Of a DNA stretch of 24,000 bases, positions 13,258 through 22,281 are shown in pieces (the first letter of the stretch is position 1; the number at the start of each line of letters is the position of its first letter). The notes beneath the pieces were generated by a model. It was not told the DNA's origin, searched no databases, and was given only the letters and a program-made list of their open reading frames with translations. The stretch is from Tissierellales bacterium (GTDB lineage: Bacteria; Bacillota; Clostridia; Tissierellales; GPF-1): the NCBI GenBank assembly GCA_963676945.1, contig OY781471.1, forward strand, positions 2,214,482-2,238,481, written 5' to 3'. A program made the position numbers and the translations under genes.

Positions 13258-14817
13258 ATGAGGAATACGAAAAAAACCTGGATCGCGCTTCTATTATTGG
13301 TAGCGATGATTCTAACAGCGGGTTGCGGCGCTGAAGAGACTGCAGTAGCAGGCGATGATGCACCGGCACCGGCGGAGCCAAAGATTTTTGTCTATGCGCG
13401 TGGCGCTGACTCCATTAGTTTGGATTCCGCCTATGTATCGGACGGCGAGTCATCCAAGGTGTTGACGCAGATCGCAGATACCTTGGTTCGCTACAAAGAC
13501 GGTTCGACAGAAATCATGCCTTGGCTGGCGGAGAGCTGGGATATATCGGATGACGGTACCGAATATATCTTCCATCTTCGTGAAGGCGTGAAATTCCATG
13601 ACGGCAGCGACTTTACCGCAGATGCGGTTGTATGGAGCTTTGAACGTCAATTGGAAGACAACCGGACTTCCGACATGCCATATGCCTCATTTACATATGC
13701 TGGCGTACTGGGTGTGGAAGCGGTAGACGATTTGACTGTTAAAATCACCTTGGCAGGTCCTTCAACACCGTTCCTGGCAAACTTGGCCATGGGTCTTTCC
13801 GCGCAAATCTACAAGCCTGGCGATGATGTGGGAGAGAATCCGATTGGAACCGGTCCATACAAATTGGAAACATGGAAGAAGGATGAATCCATTACCCTGG
13901 TGAAAAACGAAGACTTCTGGGGTGAAGCGCCTAGCTTCGACAAAGTGATCTTCAAGGTAACCAAAGAGAATGCGGTTCGTGCAACAGAATTGATGTCCGG
14001 ATCCGTTGACATGATTGACGGCATCAGCTTCAACGATGTAGAGCAACTGGAATCCAGCGGCGATGTGGAAGTTGAAAAAGTGGCGGGCATGAACATCAAC
14101 TATATGGCCTTCAATACGACTCGTGCACCATTTGACAAGTTGGAAGCCCGTGTTGCGGTTGCCAAAGCCATCAATACCCAAGAGATCGTCGATTTCCTAT
14201 ATCAAGGTTATGCGACCAAAGCCGAGTCTTTCTTCCCAGACTTTATGCCTGGATACAATGGAGACCCTGGTTTGATTGAGTACAATGTAGAAGCAGCCAA
14301 GGCCGAAGTTGCTGCAGCCGGATTGGACCAAACGCCAATCAAGATCATCTGCTACTCAAACCCTCGTCCATACAACCCAGCGGGCGGCAAACTGGCTGAA
14401 ACTGTTCAAGCATACTTGAATGAAGTCGGCATTACTGCAGAAGTTGTGGTATATCCTTGGACAGACTACCGAGACAAAGTAAACCAATATGAAGGCGATA
14501 TTTACTTCATGGGATGGATTGGCGACAATGGTGATCCGGACAACTTCCTGACATTGCTTGAAGGGGCGAGCATTGGCGGATTAAACGACACCGGTTGGTC
14601 AAGCCCGGAATTTGACGCTTTAATGGCGAAAGGCCGTGAGCTTCCAAATGGGGAGGAGCGTTGGGACGTTTACAAGCAAGCACAGGAAGTGCTGGCGAAA
14701 GAAGTTCCTTGGGTACCAATCTCACATGCAATGGATCTGGGCGCTTGGAGAAGCGATGTAACAGGATACCAATTGCATCCAACAGGACGCGTAAGTCTGT
14801 TTGGCGTTGACAAGTAG
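13258..14817 (+). CDS. ABC transporter substrate-binding lipoprotein, family 5 (peptide/nickel; OppA/DppA-like)
   Basis: Signal peptide with an LTAGC lipobox. 519 aa, with family-5 SBP features (WxxS.DG.xYxFxLR.GVKFHDG, TGPYKL..W). It is the first gene of the operon. Confidence 0.9.
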   Translation: MRNTKKTWIALLLLVAMILTAGCGAEETAVAGDDAPAPAEPKIFVYARGADSISLDSAYVSDGESSKVLTQIADTLVRYKDGSTEIMPWLAESWDISDDGTEYIFHLREGVKFHDGSDFTADAVVWSFERQLEDNRTSDMPYASFTYAGVLGVEAVDDLTVKITLAGPSTPFLANLAMGLSAQIYKPGDDVGENPIGTGPYKLETWKKDESITLVKNEDFWGEAPSFDKVIFKVTKENAVRATELMSGSVDMIDGISFNDVEQLESSGDVEVEKVAGMNINYMAFNTTRAPFDKLEARVAVAKAINTQEIVDFLYQGYATKAESFFPDFMPGYNGDPGLIEYNVEAAKAEVAAAGLDQTPIKIICYSNPRPYNPAGGKLAETVQAYLNEVGITAEVVVYPWTDYRDKVNQYEGDIYFMGWIGDNGDPDNFLTLLEGASIGGLNDTGWSSPEFDALMAKGRELPNGEERWDVYKQAQEVLAKEVPWVPISHAMDLGAWRSDVTGYQLHPTGRVSLFGVDK

Positions 14818-14828
14818 AGAATAACGAG

Positions 14829-14860
14829 ACCGGTGCCCTTTCGGCACCGGTTTTCTATTT
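14829..14860 (+). terminator. intra-operon hairpin (partial terminator or mRNA stabiliser) after the binding-protein gene
   Basis: ACCGGTGCC / GGCACCGGT 9 bp stem with loop CTTTC, then TTTTCTATTT. The permease gene starts only 13 nt further on, so read-through is expected. Confidence 0.5.
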
Positions 14861-14872
14861 TAGGGGGTTTCT

Positions 14873-15877
14873 ATGGGAAAGTATATTATCAGACGGCTGT
14901 TGTATCTGATCCCCGTTGTCCTGGGCGTATCGGTTTTGGTGTTTACGGTGATGCACATGTTCACATCCGATCCTGCACTGGTCATATTGGGACAGCACGC
15001 AACCGATGCGGATGCGGCGGCTTTGCGGGAAGAACTGGGATTCAATCTTCCGCTGTATCAGCAGTATTGGAATTTTTTAAGCGGCATGCTGCAAGGAGAC
15101 TTTGGCACATCCCTCTTTACCCATACGCCGGTATTTGAAGAAGTGCTGTCGCGCTTCCCGGCAACGGTGGAATTGGCCTTGTTCGCGATTATCGTCGCCT
15201 CGGTTGTAGGCGTGACCTTGGGGGTCGTTTCAGCTGTGAGACAAAATTCGATTTTTGACTATGCGTCCATGACGGTCAGTCTGATGGGGGTATCCATGCC
15301 GATCTTCTGGCTTGGTCTGATCATGATTGTGATCTTTGCCTTAAAGCTGGGATGGTTCCCGGTATCGGGCCGGATTCAGATGGGGTATGATCCAACCCAT
15401 GTAACGGGCCTCTATATTCTGGACAGTTTGATCACCGGCAATACGCCGGCCTTGAAAAGCGCCATCAGACACCTGATTCTGCCGGGAACGGCGCTTGCCA
15501 TGTATTCCATGGCGATTATCGCGCGGATGACCCGGTCCACCATGCTGGAAACCCTGGGGCAGGATTACATTCGAACCGCCCGGGCGAAAGGGATCTTTGA
15601 GCGCCTGGTGATTGTTCGCCATGCGCTTAGGAATGCCATGATTCCCATTGTGACGGTCATTGGCTTGCAAATGGGCGGACTGTTGGGCGGAGCTGTCTTG
15701 ACGGAGACGGTTTTCTCATGGCCGGGTGTGGGTTCCTATACGGTGGAATCCATTCTGAAATCGGATTATCCGGTGGTTCAGGGCACGGTTATGATGATGT
15801 CGATTATTTTTGTATTGGTCAACTTGGGTGTGGATCTGATCTATAGTTTGCTGGATCCGCGGATCAAGTATTCATAG
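14873..15877 (+). CDS. ABC transporter permease (DppB/OppB-like)
   Basis: Six hydrophobic segments and an EAA-type loop (YIRTARAKG). Operon position and 334 aa length fit. RBS is TAGGGGG. Confidence 0.92.
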   Translation: MGKYIIRRLLYLIPVVLGVSVLVFTVMHMFTSDPALVILGQHATDADAAALREELGFNLPLYQQYWNFLSGMLQGDFGTSLFTHTPVFEEVLSRFPATVELALFAIIVASVVGVTLGVVSAVRQNSIFDYASMTVSLMGVSMPIFWLGLIMIVIFALKLGWFPVSGRIQMGYDPTHVTGLYILDSLITGNTPALKSAIRHLILPGTALAMYSMAIIARMTRSTMLETLGQDYIRTARAKGIFERLVIVRHALRNAMIPIVTVIGLQMGGLLGGAVLTETVFSWPGVGSYTVESILKSDYPVVQGTVMMMSIIFVLVNLGVDLIYSLLDPRIKYS

Positions 15878-15886
15878 GAGGGGCAA

Positions 15887-16789
15887 ATGGCAGAAGAAGT
15901 AAAATTAGAAAACAAAATGGAAATTGCCCCGGTTGAGAAGGGCATTTCCCCTTGGCGGGATATGTGGGACAACCTGAAAAAGAACAAGGCAGCCATGCTG
16001 GGCCTGGGGATCATTGGCCTTCTGGTGTTTTTCGCGCTTTTTGGAAAGTATTTGACGCCTTACGATCCCAACTACGGCGGAAGTTTGAAGGAGAGTCTGC
16101 AAAGTCCGTCGGCTGCCCATTGGCTGGGAACCGATGAACAGGGCCGGGACATGCTGAGTCGAATCATTTCCGGCGCGGCCATTTCACTCCGTGTCGGTTT
16201 GTCGGCGGTGGCGATTGCCCTGAGTGCCGGTATGCTGATTGGTTCAGTTGCCGGATACTATGGCGGCAGAATCGATATGATTCTTATGCGGTTGATGGAT
16301 ATTATGCTGGCCTTTCCATCGCTTTTGCTGGCGATTGCCTTTATGTCCGTACTGGGACGGGGCATTGACAAGGCGATTATTGCCATCTCGATTGTCACCA
16401 TCCCGCAGTATGCCCGCATTGTGCGGGGATCCGTCCTGTCGGTCAAGGAAAATGAGTACGTGCAGGCAGCGCGTGCCATCGGCAATCCGGACTGGCGGAT
16501 TATTCTCTTCCATGTCATTCCGAATATTTTGCCGCCAGTCATCGTCCGGGCGACCTTGGGGATTTCGGTTGCGATTCTGGACACGTCGGCCTTGGGATTT
16601 TTGGGGCTGGGCGTACAGCCGCCAGCCGCGGAATGGGGAACCATGCTGGGTGCCGGCCGGGCATATTTCTTTAATGCGAATCACTTGGTGCTGTTTCCGG
16701 GTCTAGCCATCACGCTGACGGTCATGGCTTTCAATCTGTTGGGCGATGGATTGCGGGATGCTTTGGATCCGCGAGTGCGGAAAGGATAG
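15887..16789 (+). CDS. ABC transporter permease (DppC/OppC-like)
   Basis: HWLGTDEQGRD motif and an EAA-type loop (YVQAARAIG). 300 aa. RBS is TAGGAGGGG. Confidence 0.92.
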   Translation: MAEEVKLENKMEIAPVEKGISPWRDMWDNLKKNKAAMLGLGIIGLLVFFALFGKYLTPYDPNYGGSLKESLQSPSAAHWLGTDEQGRDMLSRIISGAAISLRVGLSAVAIALSAGMLIGSVAGYYGGRIDMILMRLMDIMLAFPSLLLAIAFMSVLGRGIDKAIIAISIVTIPQYARIVRGSVLSVKENEYVQAARAIGNPDWRIILFHVIPNILPPVIVRATLGISVAILDTSALGFLGLGVQPPAAEWGTMLGAGRAYFFNANHLVLFPGLAITLTVMAFNLLGDGLRDALDPRVRKG

Positions 16790-16798
16790 GAGGGGCTT

Positions 16799-17773
16799 AT
16801 GCTACTAGAGGTAAAAGGACTGGAGACGCACTTCCATATCAAAGGCAAGGTGGCCCGCGCGGTCGATGGGGTTTCCTTCTCCGTGGGGCAAGGCGAAGTG
16901 GTTGCCTTGGTCGGCGAATCCGGCAGTGGAAAAAGTGTAACAAGTCTTTCTGTATTGGGGTTGATTCCTTCGCCGCCGGGAAAAATCGAAGGCGGAGAAA
17001 TTTTCTTTGACGGAGAGGACTTGCTGAAGAAAAGCAACCGGGAAATGCAGGATGTGCGGGGGAATGAAATCTCCATGATTTTTCAGGAACCCATGACTTC
17101 ATTGAATCCTGTCTATCCTGTTGGAAAACAAATATCAGAGGCGATCCGACGCCACCAAAAGATTTCGAAAAAGGAAGCGCGCGCCATTGCGGTGGATATG
17201 CTGGACAAGGTGGGCATTCCTTCGCCAGAAACCCGGGTGGACGATTATCCGCATCAGATGAGCGGCGGCATGCGGCAGCGTGTGATGATTGCCATGGCCT
17301 TGGCAACCAAACCGCAGCTCTTGATTGCCGATGAGCCCACAACGGCGCTGGATGTGACCATTCAGGCGCAAATTTTGGATTTGATGAATCGGCTTCGGGA
17401 AGATACAGGGACCTCCATTCTTCTCATCACCCACGATTTGGGTGTCGTTGCGGAAACGGCAGACCGGGTGGTGGTCATGTATTGCGGAAAGGTTATGGAG
17501 ATGGCCAATGTGGTGGATCTTTTTGAAAGACCCCAGCATCCCTATACCCAAGGCTTGATTGCATCCATTCCGAAAATGGAAGGGGCATCTGAACGTTTGA
17601 CCATGATTGAGGGCAATGTACCCAATCCCATGGATATGCCGGAGGGCTGTCCCTTCGAACCGCGATGCACAAAATCCTTGGGGATTTGCAAGCACAAGAT
17701 GCCGGAACTGAAAACCTTCGGCGACCGAGAAGTGCGTTGTTTTTTATACGATGAAAAGGGGGAAGTTGAATGA
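16799..17773 (+). CDS. ABC transporter ATP-binding protein (DppD/OppD-like)
   Basis: Walker A GESGSGKS, signature MSGGMRQR, Walker [13 protein letters not shown]. The C-terminal oligopeptide-type extension contains four Cys. Confidence 0.93.
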   Translation: MLLEVKGLETHFHIKGKVARAVDGVSFSVGQGEVVALVGESGSGKSVTSLSVLGLIPSPPGKIEGGEIFFDGEDLLKKSNREMQDVRGNEISMIFQEPMTSLNPVYPVGKQISEAIRRHQKISKKEARAIAVDMLDKVGIPSPETRVDDYPHQMSGGMRQRVMIAMALATKPQLLIADEPTTALDVTIQAQILDLMNRLREDTGTSILLITHDLGVVAETADRVVVMYCGKVMEMANVVDLFERPQHPYTQGLIASIPKMEGASERLTMIEGNVPNPMDMPEGCPFEPRCTKSLGICKHKMPELKTFGDREVRCFLYDEKGEVE

Positions 17774-18741
17774 AGCCATTATTGGAAGTGAAGGGCTTAA
17801 CCAAACACTTTCCTGTTGAGCAGGGATTTATGGCGAAAAAGGGCAAGGTCGTACGCGCGGTCGATGACTTGAATTTTTCCATAGCAGCCGGGGAAACCCT
17901 GGGGCTGGTGGGTGAGTCCGGTTGCGGGAAATCCACAACCGGCAAGCTGATTGTGCAATTGTTGAAGCCGACAGAGGGAGAGCTGTTTTTTGAAGGAAAG
18001 AAGATCAATCAGCTTTCGGGACGCGAGCGGCGCGCTTTGGCCAAAGACATTCAGATTATCTTTCAAGACCCATATGCATCTTTGAATCCTAGGATGACGG
18101 TGGAGCAGATCGTAACCGAACCCATGAAACTGCATCTGAATTTGGGCAAGAAGGAGATGGAGCAGGAGGTGCTCCGATTGATGGATACGGTTGGACTGCC
18201 TTCTTTCTATCGAAACCGGTATCCCCACGAATTCTCCGGCGGCCAGCGCCAGCGGATTGGCATCGCACGCGCCTTGGCCTTGAAACCCAAGCTGATTGTC
18301 TGCGATGAGCCGGTATCCGCCCTGGATGTGTCCATTCAGGCCCAGGTGTTGAACTTGCTGGATGATTTGCAGGAAGAGTTTGGCCTGACCTATCTCTTTA
18401 TTGCCCATGGCTTGAATGTGGTTCGTCATATCTCGGACCGTGTAGGGGTTATGTATTTGGGCAATATGATGGAGTTGGCGCCGGCCAAGCCTCTTTATGA
18501 AAATCCGCTGCATCCTTATACGCAGGCCTTGCTTTCGGCGGTTCCCATACCAGACCCGAAAGCCGAGAAGAATCGCATTTTGTTGGAGGGGGATGTGCCT
18601 AGTCCGATCAATCCGCCTTCGGGATGCCGATTCCATACCCGCTGCCGTTATGCAACGGACCGCTGCAAACAGGAAGCCCCGCAATTGCAGGAAGTCGAAC
18701 CGCAGCATTTTGTTGCCTGCCATCTGATGGACGAGCGCTAG
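17770..18741 (+). CDS. ABC transporter ATP-binding protein (DppF/OppF-like)
   Basis: Walker A GESGCGKS, signature FSGGQRQR, Walker [13 protein letters not shown]. Its start overlaps the upstream stop as ATGA. The C-terminal extension contains four Cys. Confidence 0.93.
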   Translation: MKPLLEVKGLTKHFPVEQGFMAKKGKVVRAVDDLNFSIAAGETLGLVGESGCGKSTTGKLIVQLLKPTEGELFFEGKKINQLSGRERRALAKDIQIIFQDPYASLNPRMTVEQIVTEPMKLHLNLGKKEMEQEVLRLMDTVGLPSFYRNRYPHEFSGGQRQRIGIARALALKPKLIVCDEPVSALDVSIQAQVLNLLDDLQEEFGLTYLFIAHGLNVVRHISDRVGVMYLGNMMELAPAKPLYENPLHPYTQALLSAVPIPDPKAEKNRILLEGDVPSPINPPSGCRFHTRCRYATDRCKQEAPQLQEVEPQHFVACHLMDER

Positions 18742-18753
18742 GCAAAGCAGGAA

Positions 18754-18785
18754 ACGCAGGAGAAAAAACTCCTGCGTTTTTTTTG
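18754..18785 (+). terminator. rho-independent terminator of the ABC transporter operon
   Basis: ACGCAGGAG / CTCCTGCGT 9 bp stem with loop AAAAAA, then T9. Confidence 0.85.
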
Positions 18786-18851
18786 GTGATAGGCATAGTT
18801 GGAAAAGTTCATTTCGTGTACAATAAAACCATAAGAGAAATGAGGGGTATG

Positions 18852-19343
18852 ATGGGTAAAAAGAAAAAAACCAATGCGATCCGCTTGCTGGATCAGAAAA
18901 AGATTGAATATGAGATTTGCGAATATGACACGGAAGACGGCATGATCGACGGCGTCAGCGTGGCCCTGAAGACGGGTCGTTCGCCGGAAGGGGTCTACAA
19001 GACCTTGGTTGCGCAAAAAGAGGATGGAAGTCTTTGTGTTTTCTGTGTGCCGGTGGCGGCGACCTTGAATTTGAAAAAGGCGGCCAAGGCGGTCGGCGCC
19101 AAACGGATCCGCATGATTCCCATGAAGGATTTACTGAAACACACGGGCTATATTCATGGCGGCTGTTCGCCCGTGGGCATGAAGAAGCATTATCCAACCT
19201 GGATTGACAAGGCGGGAAGGGGACAGGAAGCTGTCTGTGTCAGCGGAGGACTTCGTGGGATTCAAGTCTGCTTGTTGCCGGATGACCTGATTCTGGCAAC
19301 CCAGGCAGAATGGGCGGATTTGGCGGACTTGCCGGTGGAATAA
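18852..19343 (+). CDS. ybaK: Cys-tRNA(Pro)/Cys-tRNA(Cys) deacylase YbaK
   Basis: KKKKTNAIRLLDQKKIEYE..Y, a YKTLV-type segment and the HGGCSPVG motif are typical of YbaK/EbsC. The start is ambiguous among ATGs at 18840, 18849 and 18852 (GAGGGG lies at 18842-18847). The track ORF start at 18624 lies inside the upstream gene and terminator. Confidence 0.85.
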   Translation: MGKKKKTNAIRLLDQKKIEYEICEYDTEDGMIDGVSVALKTGRSPEGVYKTLVAQKEDGSLCVFCVPVAATLNLKKAAKAVGAKRIRMIPMKDLLKHTGYIHGGCSPVGMKKHYPTWIDKAGRGQEAVCVSGGLRGIQVCLLPDDLILATQAEWADLADLPVE

Positions 19344-19348
19344 AGAAA

Positions 19349-19364
19349 ACCCCGGATTCGGGGT
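19349..19364 (+). terminator. weak hairpin after ybaK (possible leaky terminator)
   Basis: ACCCCG / CGGGGT 6 bp stem with loop GATT, followed by CTTGAT, which is a poor U-tract. Confidence 0.3.
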
Positions 19365-19409
19365 CTTGATAGCAAAGGAATTCATAAAAGGGACAAAGGA
19401 GGATCAGAC

Positions 19410-20267
19410 ATGTTAGTATCGGGCAAGGAAATTATGGAACATGCGCATGAAAACGGATATGCGGTTGGCGCTTTCAACGTCAACAACATGGAAGCGGTGC
19501 AAGCGATTGTGGAAGCGGCAGAAGAATTGCAGTCGCCGGTGATTATTCAAGCTTCACAAGGCGGCTTGAAATATGCGGGTGTGAATATGATTGCAGCCAT
19601 GGTGAAAGCGGCAGCGGAAGAGGCTACGGTGCCGGTTGCTCTTCACTTGGACCACGGGACGGAGTTTGCCAAACAGGTCCAGTGCTTCCGGGCCGGATGG
19701 ACATCGCTGATGATTGATGCCTCTCATTATGATTTTCAGGAGAACATTGCAAGAACCAAGCAAATTGTTGAAATGGCGCGACAGGCTGGCGTCGGCGTTG
19801 AAGCGGAGTTGGGAAAAATCGGCGGAGTAGAAGACGATATCGCCGTCGATGAAAAGGACGCGACCTATACCAATGTGGAGGAAGCCTATGCCTTTGTGCA
19901 TGCAACCGGCGTTGATTACTTGGCGATCGCAGTGGGTACCGCCCATGGGCCTTACAAAGGCGAGCCTAAGATTGACTTTGATCGGATTCGTGCAATCAAG
20001 GCGAAACTCAACATCCCCTTGGTATTGCATGGATCGTCCGGTGTTCCGGAAGAATCGATCGCAAGAGCAATCGAAGCCGGTATCAATAAAATCAATATCG
20101 ATACAGACCTGCGTCAGGCCTACCACCGTGCGGTGAAGAAATTTGTTCAGGAAAATCCGGACGTCTATGATCCCCGAAAGATCAACGGACCGGGAAAAGA
20201 GGCGATGAAAGAAGTCGTCAAAAATAAAATGCGTATGTTCAAGTCTGTAAACCAGGCGTGGAGATAA
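19410..20267 (+). CDS. fba: class II fructose-1,6-bisphosphate aldolase
   Basis: 285 aa with YAVGAFNVNN, HLDHG, SLMIDAS, GT.HG.YKGEP, LVLHG.SG and KINIDTD, as in FbaA of Bacillota. RBS is AAAGGAGG. Confidence 0.93.
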   Translation: MLVSGKEIMEHAHENGYAVGAFNVNNMEAVQAIVEAAEELQSPVIIQASQGGLKYAGVNMIAAMVKAAAEEATVPVALHLDHGTEFAKQVQCFRAGWTSLMIDASHYDFQENIARTKQIVEMARQAGVGVEAELGKIGGVEDDIAVDEKDATYTNVEEAYAFVHATGVDYLAIAVGTAHGPYKGEPKIDFDRIRAIKAKLNIPLVLHGSSGVPEESIARAIEAGINKINIDTDLRQAYHRAVKKFVQENPDVYDPRKINGPGKEAMKEVVKNKMRMFKSVNQAWR

Positions 20268-20272
20268 GGGAC

Positions 20273-20304
20273 CAGCCCCCATGGAAAATGCCATGGGGGC
20301 TTTT
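20273..20304 (+). terminator. rho-independent terminator after fba
   Basis: AGCCCCCATGG / CCATGGGGGCT 11 bp stem with a 6 nt loop, then TTTTT. Confidence 0.85.
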
Positions 20305-20316
20305 TGTGACAAAATT

Positions 20317-20330
20317 GTGAAAACATTTTC
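20317..20330. promoter_or_regulatory. cre-like (CcpA-type) palindrome upstream of fhs-hutU
   Basis: TGAAAACATTTTCA matches the cre consensus TGWAANCGNTNWCA at 13 of 14 positions (central CG is CA here). It is nearly palindromic and sits inside a TGTGA..TGTGA context. Confidence 0.3.
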
Positions 20331-20506
20331 ACGGCAAACGGAGAGTGGTGGAGAATGTTCGTGTTTTTTAGAAGATAATCCCAAATAATTGAAAAATGTG
20401 CTGTGCAGATTCGCTTTATCGAGCTAAACCCGTACAAAGAAAAGGTTTTCGTGGTATTTGTTCGTAAAATAATGCCCGAAAAAGGATATTAAAAATTTCT
20501 GAAAAG

Positions 20507-20515
20507 TGTTATTAT
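20507..20515 (+). promoter_or_regulatory. candidate extended -10 promoter element for fhs-hutU
   Basis: TGTTATTAT (TGn plus TATTAT) ends about 62 nt upstream of the fhs ATG. The -35 is poor. Confidence 0.3.
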
Positions 20516-20576
20516 GGTAGATGGCAGGTTACGAGTAGTTTGTTTTTATTGGAGATTTTAATAGAGAGGTGAAGTC

Positions 20577-22256
20577 ATGGCCAAAATACCATCAGACATC
20601 GAAATTGCAAGAAGCGCGAAAATGCAGCCCATTGACACAATTGCGGAGGACGCAGGAATTTTGCCTTCGGAATTGGAGCCGTATGGAAAGTATATGGCGA
20701 AGATTTCTTTAGACGCGATGAAGCGTTTGGAGGACCGGCCAGACGGCAAGTTGGTATTGGTTACCGCAATCAATCCGACACCGGCTGGAGAAGGAAAGAC
20801 AACGACCAATATTGGATTGAGCATGGCGCTGAACAAGCTGGGAAAAAAGACCTTTACAACCCTGCGGGAACCATCATTGGGGCCGGTATTCGGCATCAAG
20901 GGCGGGGCTGCAGGCGGCGGTTTTTCGCAGGTCTTGCCTATGGAACAGATCAATCTCCATTTTACCGGCGATATTCATGCCATTACATCGGCGCATAACC
21001 TATTGGCGGCTTTGCTGGACAACCATATCCACAGGGGCAATGAGTTGAACATTGATCCGCGACGAGTCGTTTGGAAACGGGTAATTGACCTGAACGACCG
21101 CGCGCTTCGCAATGTGAATATCGGTCTTGGCGGACCCCTGCACGGGGTTCCGAGAGAAACGGGTTTTGATATTACGGTGGCTTCCGAGCTGATGGCGATC
21201 CTTTGTCTGTCCAAAGACATTGACGATTTGAAGCGTCGACTGGATCGGATTATTGTGGCCTATACCTATGATGTGCAGCCGATTCGCTGCAAGGATTTAA
21301 AAGCGACGGATTCCCTGGCCATTCTTTTGCGGGATGCCTTGAATCCCAATCTGGTACAAACCATTGAGGGGACGCCGGCCTTGATCCATGGCGGACCTTT
21401 TGCCAATATTGCCCATGGCTGCAACAGCATGCTGGCGACCAAGATGGCCTTGAAACTGGGTGAGTATGTGGTAACGGAAGCCGGCTTCGGCGCGGATTTG
21501 GGCGCAGAGAAATTCTTTAATATCAAATGCCGCAAAGCAGGCCTCCAGCCGGATGCCGCAGTGATTGTGGCGACTTGCCGCGCCCTGAAATTCCACGGCG
21601 GCGTGGAAAAGGCGCGATTGAGCGAAGAAAACCTGGTTGCGGTGAAAAAGGGATTTTCCAACCTGGAAAAGCATGTGGAAAACGTGCGGAAATTCGGCGT
21701 GCCTTGTGTGGTTGCCATCAACGTCTTTGCGACCGATACCCGGGAAGAGTTGGATCTCATTCACCGTCTCTGCCATGAAATCGGCATTGAAGTGGTCTTG
21801 GCGGAAGTTTGGGAAAAGGGCGGCGAAGGCGGCCTGGAACTCGGCAAGAAGGTTATCGATATGGTCGAGAAGAATCATAAGAATTTCCACTTCCTTTATG
21901 ATTCCAACCGGTCCATCAAGGAAAAGATCATTACCATCGCCAAGGAAATCTATGGCGCCGACGGCGTGAAGTTTTCCAAGGAATGCGAGAAGCATATTCA
22001 GGAACTGGAAGAATTGGGTCTGGACAAGTATCCAATTTGCATGGCAAAGACACCCATGTCTCTGTCGGATGACGCACGCATGAAGGGGCGGCCGGAAGGC
22101 TTTAAGATTAACGTGCAGCGGATTCGCGCCAAAGCGGGCGCCGGTTTCCTCATTGTATACACCGGCAATGTATTGACCATGCCGGGGCTGCCGAAAGAAC
22201 CGTCAGCCATTAAAATGACCATTGATTCAGATGGAACGATCGACGGATTGTTCTAG
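20577..22256 (+). CDS. fhs: formate--tetrahydrofolate ligase
   Basis: Carries the diagnostic [12 protein letters not shown]-loop, [16 protein letters not shown] and [13 protein letters not shown]. 559 aa. Confidence 0.96.
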   Translation: MAKIPSDIEIARSAKMQPIDTIAEDAGILPSELEPYGKYMAKISLDAMKRLEDRPDGKLVLVTAINPTPAGEGKTTTNIGLSMALNKLGKKTFTTLREPSLGPVFGIKGGAAGGGFSQVLPMEQINLHFTGDIHAITSAHNLLAALLDNHIHRGNELNIDPRRVVWKRVIDLNDRALRNVNIGLGGPLHGVPRETGFDITVASELMAILCLSKDIDDLKRRLDRIIVAYTYDVQPIRCKDLKATDSLAILLRDALNPNLVQTIEGTPALIHGGPFANIAHGCNSMLATKMALKLGEYVVTEAGFGADLGAEKFFNIKCRKAGLQPDAAVIVATCRALKFHGGVEKARLSEENLVAVKKGFSNLEKHVENVRKFGVPCVVAINVFATDTREELDLIHRLCHEIGIEVVLAEVWEKGGEGGLELGKKVIDMVEKNHKNFHFLYDSNRSIKEKIITIAKEIYGADGVKFSKECEKHIQELEELGLDKYPICMAKTPMSLSDDARMKGRPEGFKINVQRIRAKAGAGFLIVYTGNVLTMPGLPKEPSAIKMTIDSDGTIDGLF

Positions 22257-22281
22257 AAAAACATTCAAAAAGGGGGACAAC

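Noticed and set aside
18624-18851. N-terminal extension of the ybaK ORF as listed in the track (start at 18624).
   Set aside because: The extension overlaps the 3' end of the second ATPase gene and runs through the operon terminator (18754-18785). YbaK homology begins only at MGKKKKTNAIRLL, and the length from about 18852 (163 aa) fits the family.
20305-20576. Possible ZTP (pfl motif) or THF riboswitch upstream of fhs, since fhs is a known ZTP-riboswitch-controlled gene.
   Set aside because: I could not find the conserved ZTP cores (GGGUCGUGAC..GGCG and CCGCCUGGGC-type pseudoknot partner) or THF-riboswitch-like conserved segments by eye. An Infernal scan would be decisive.
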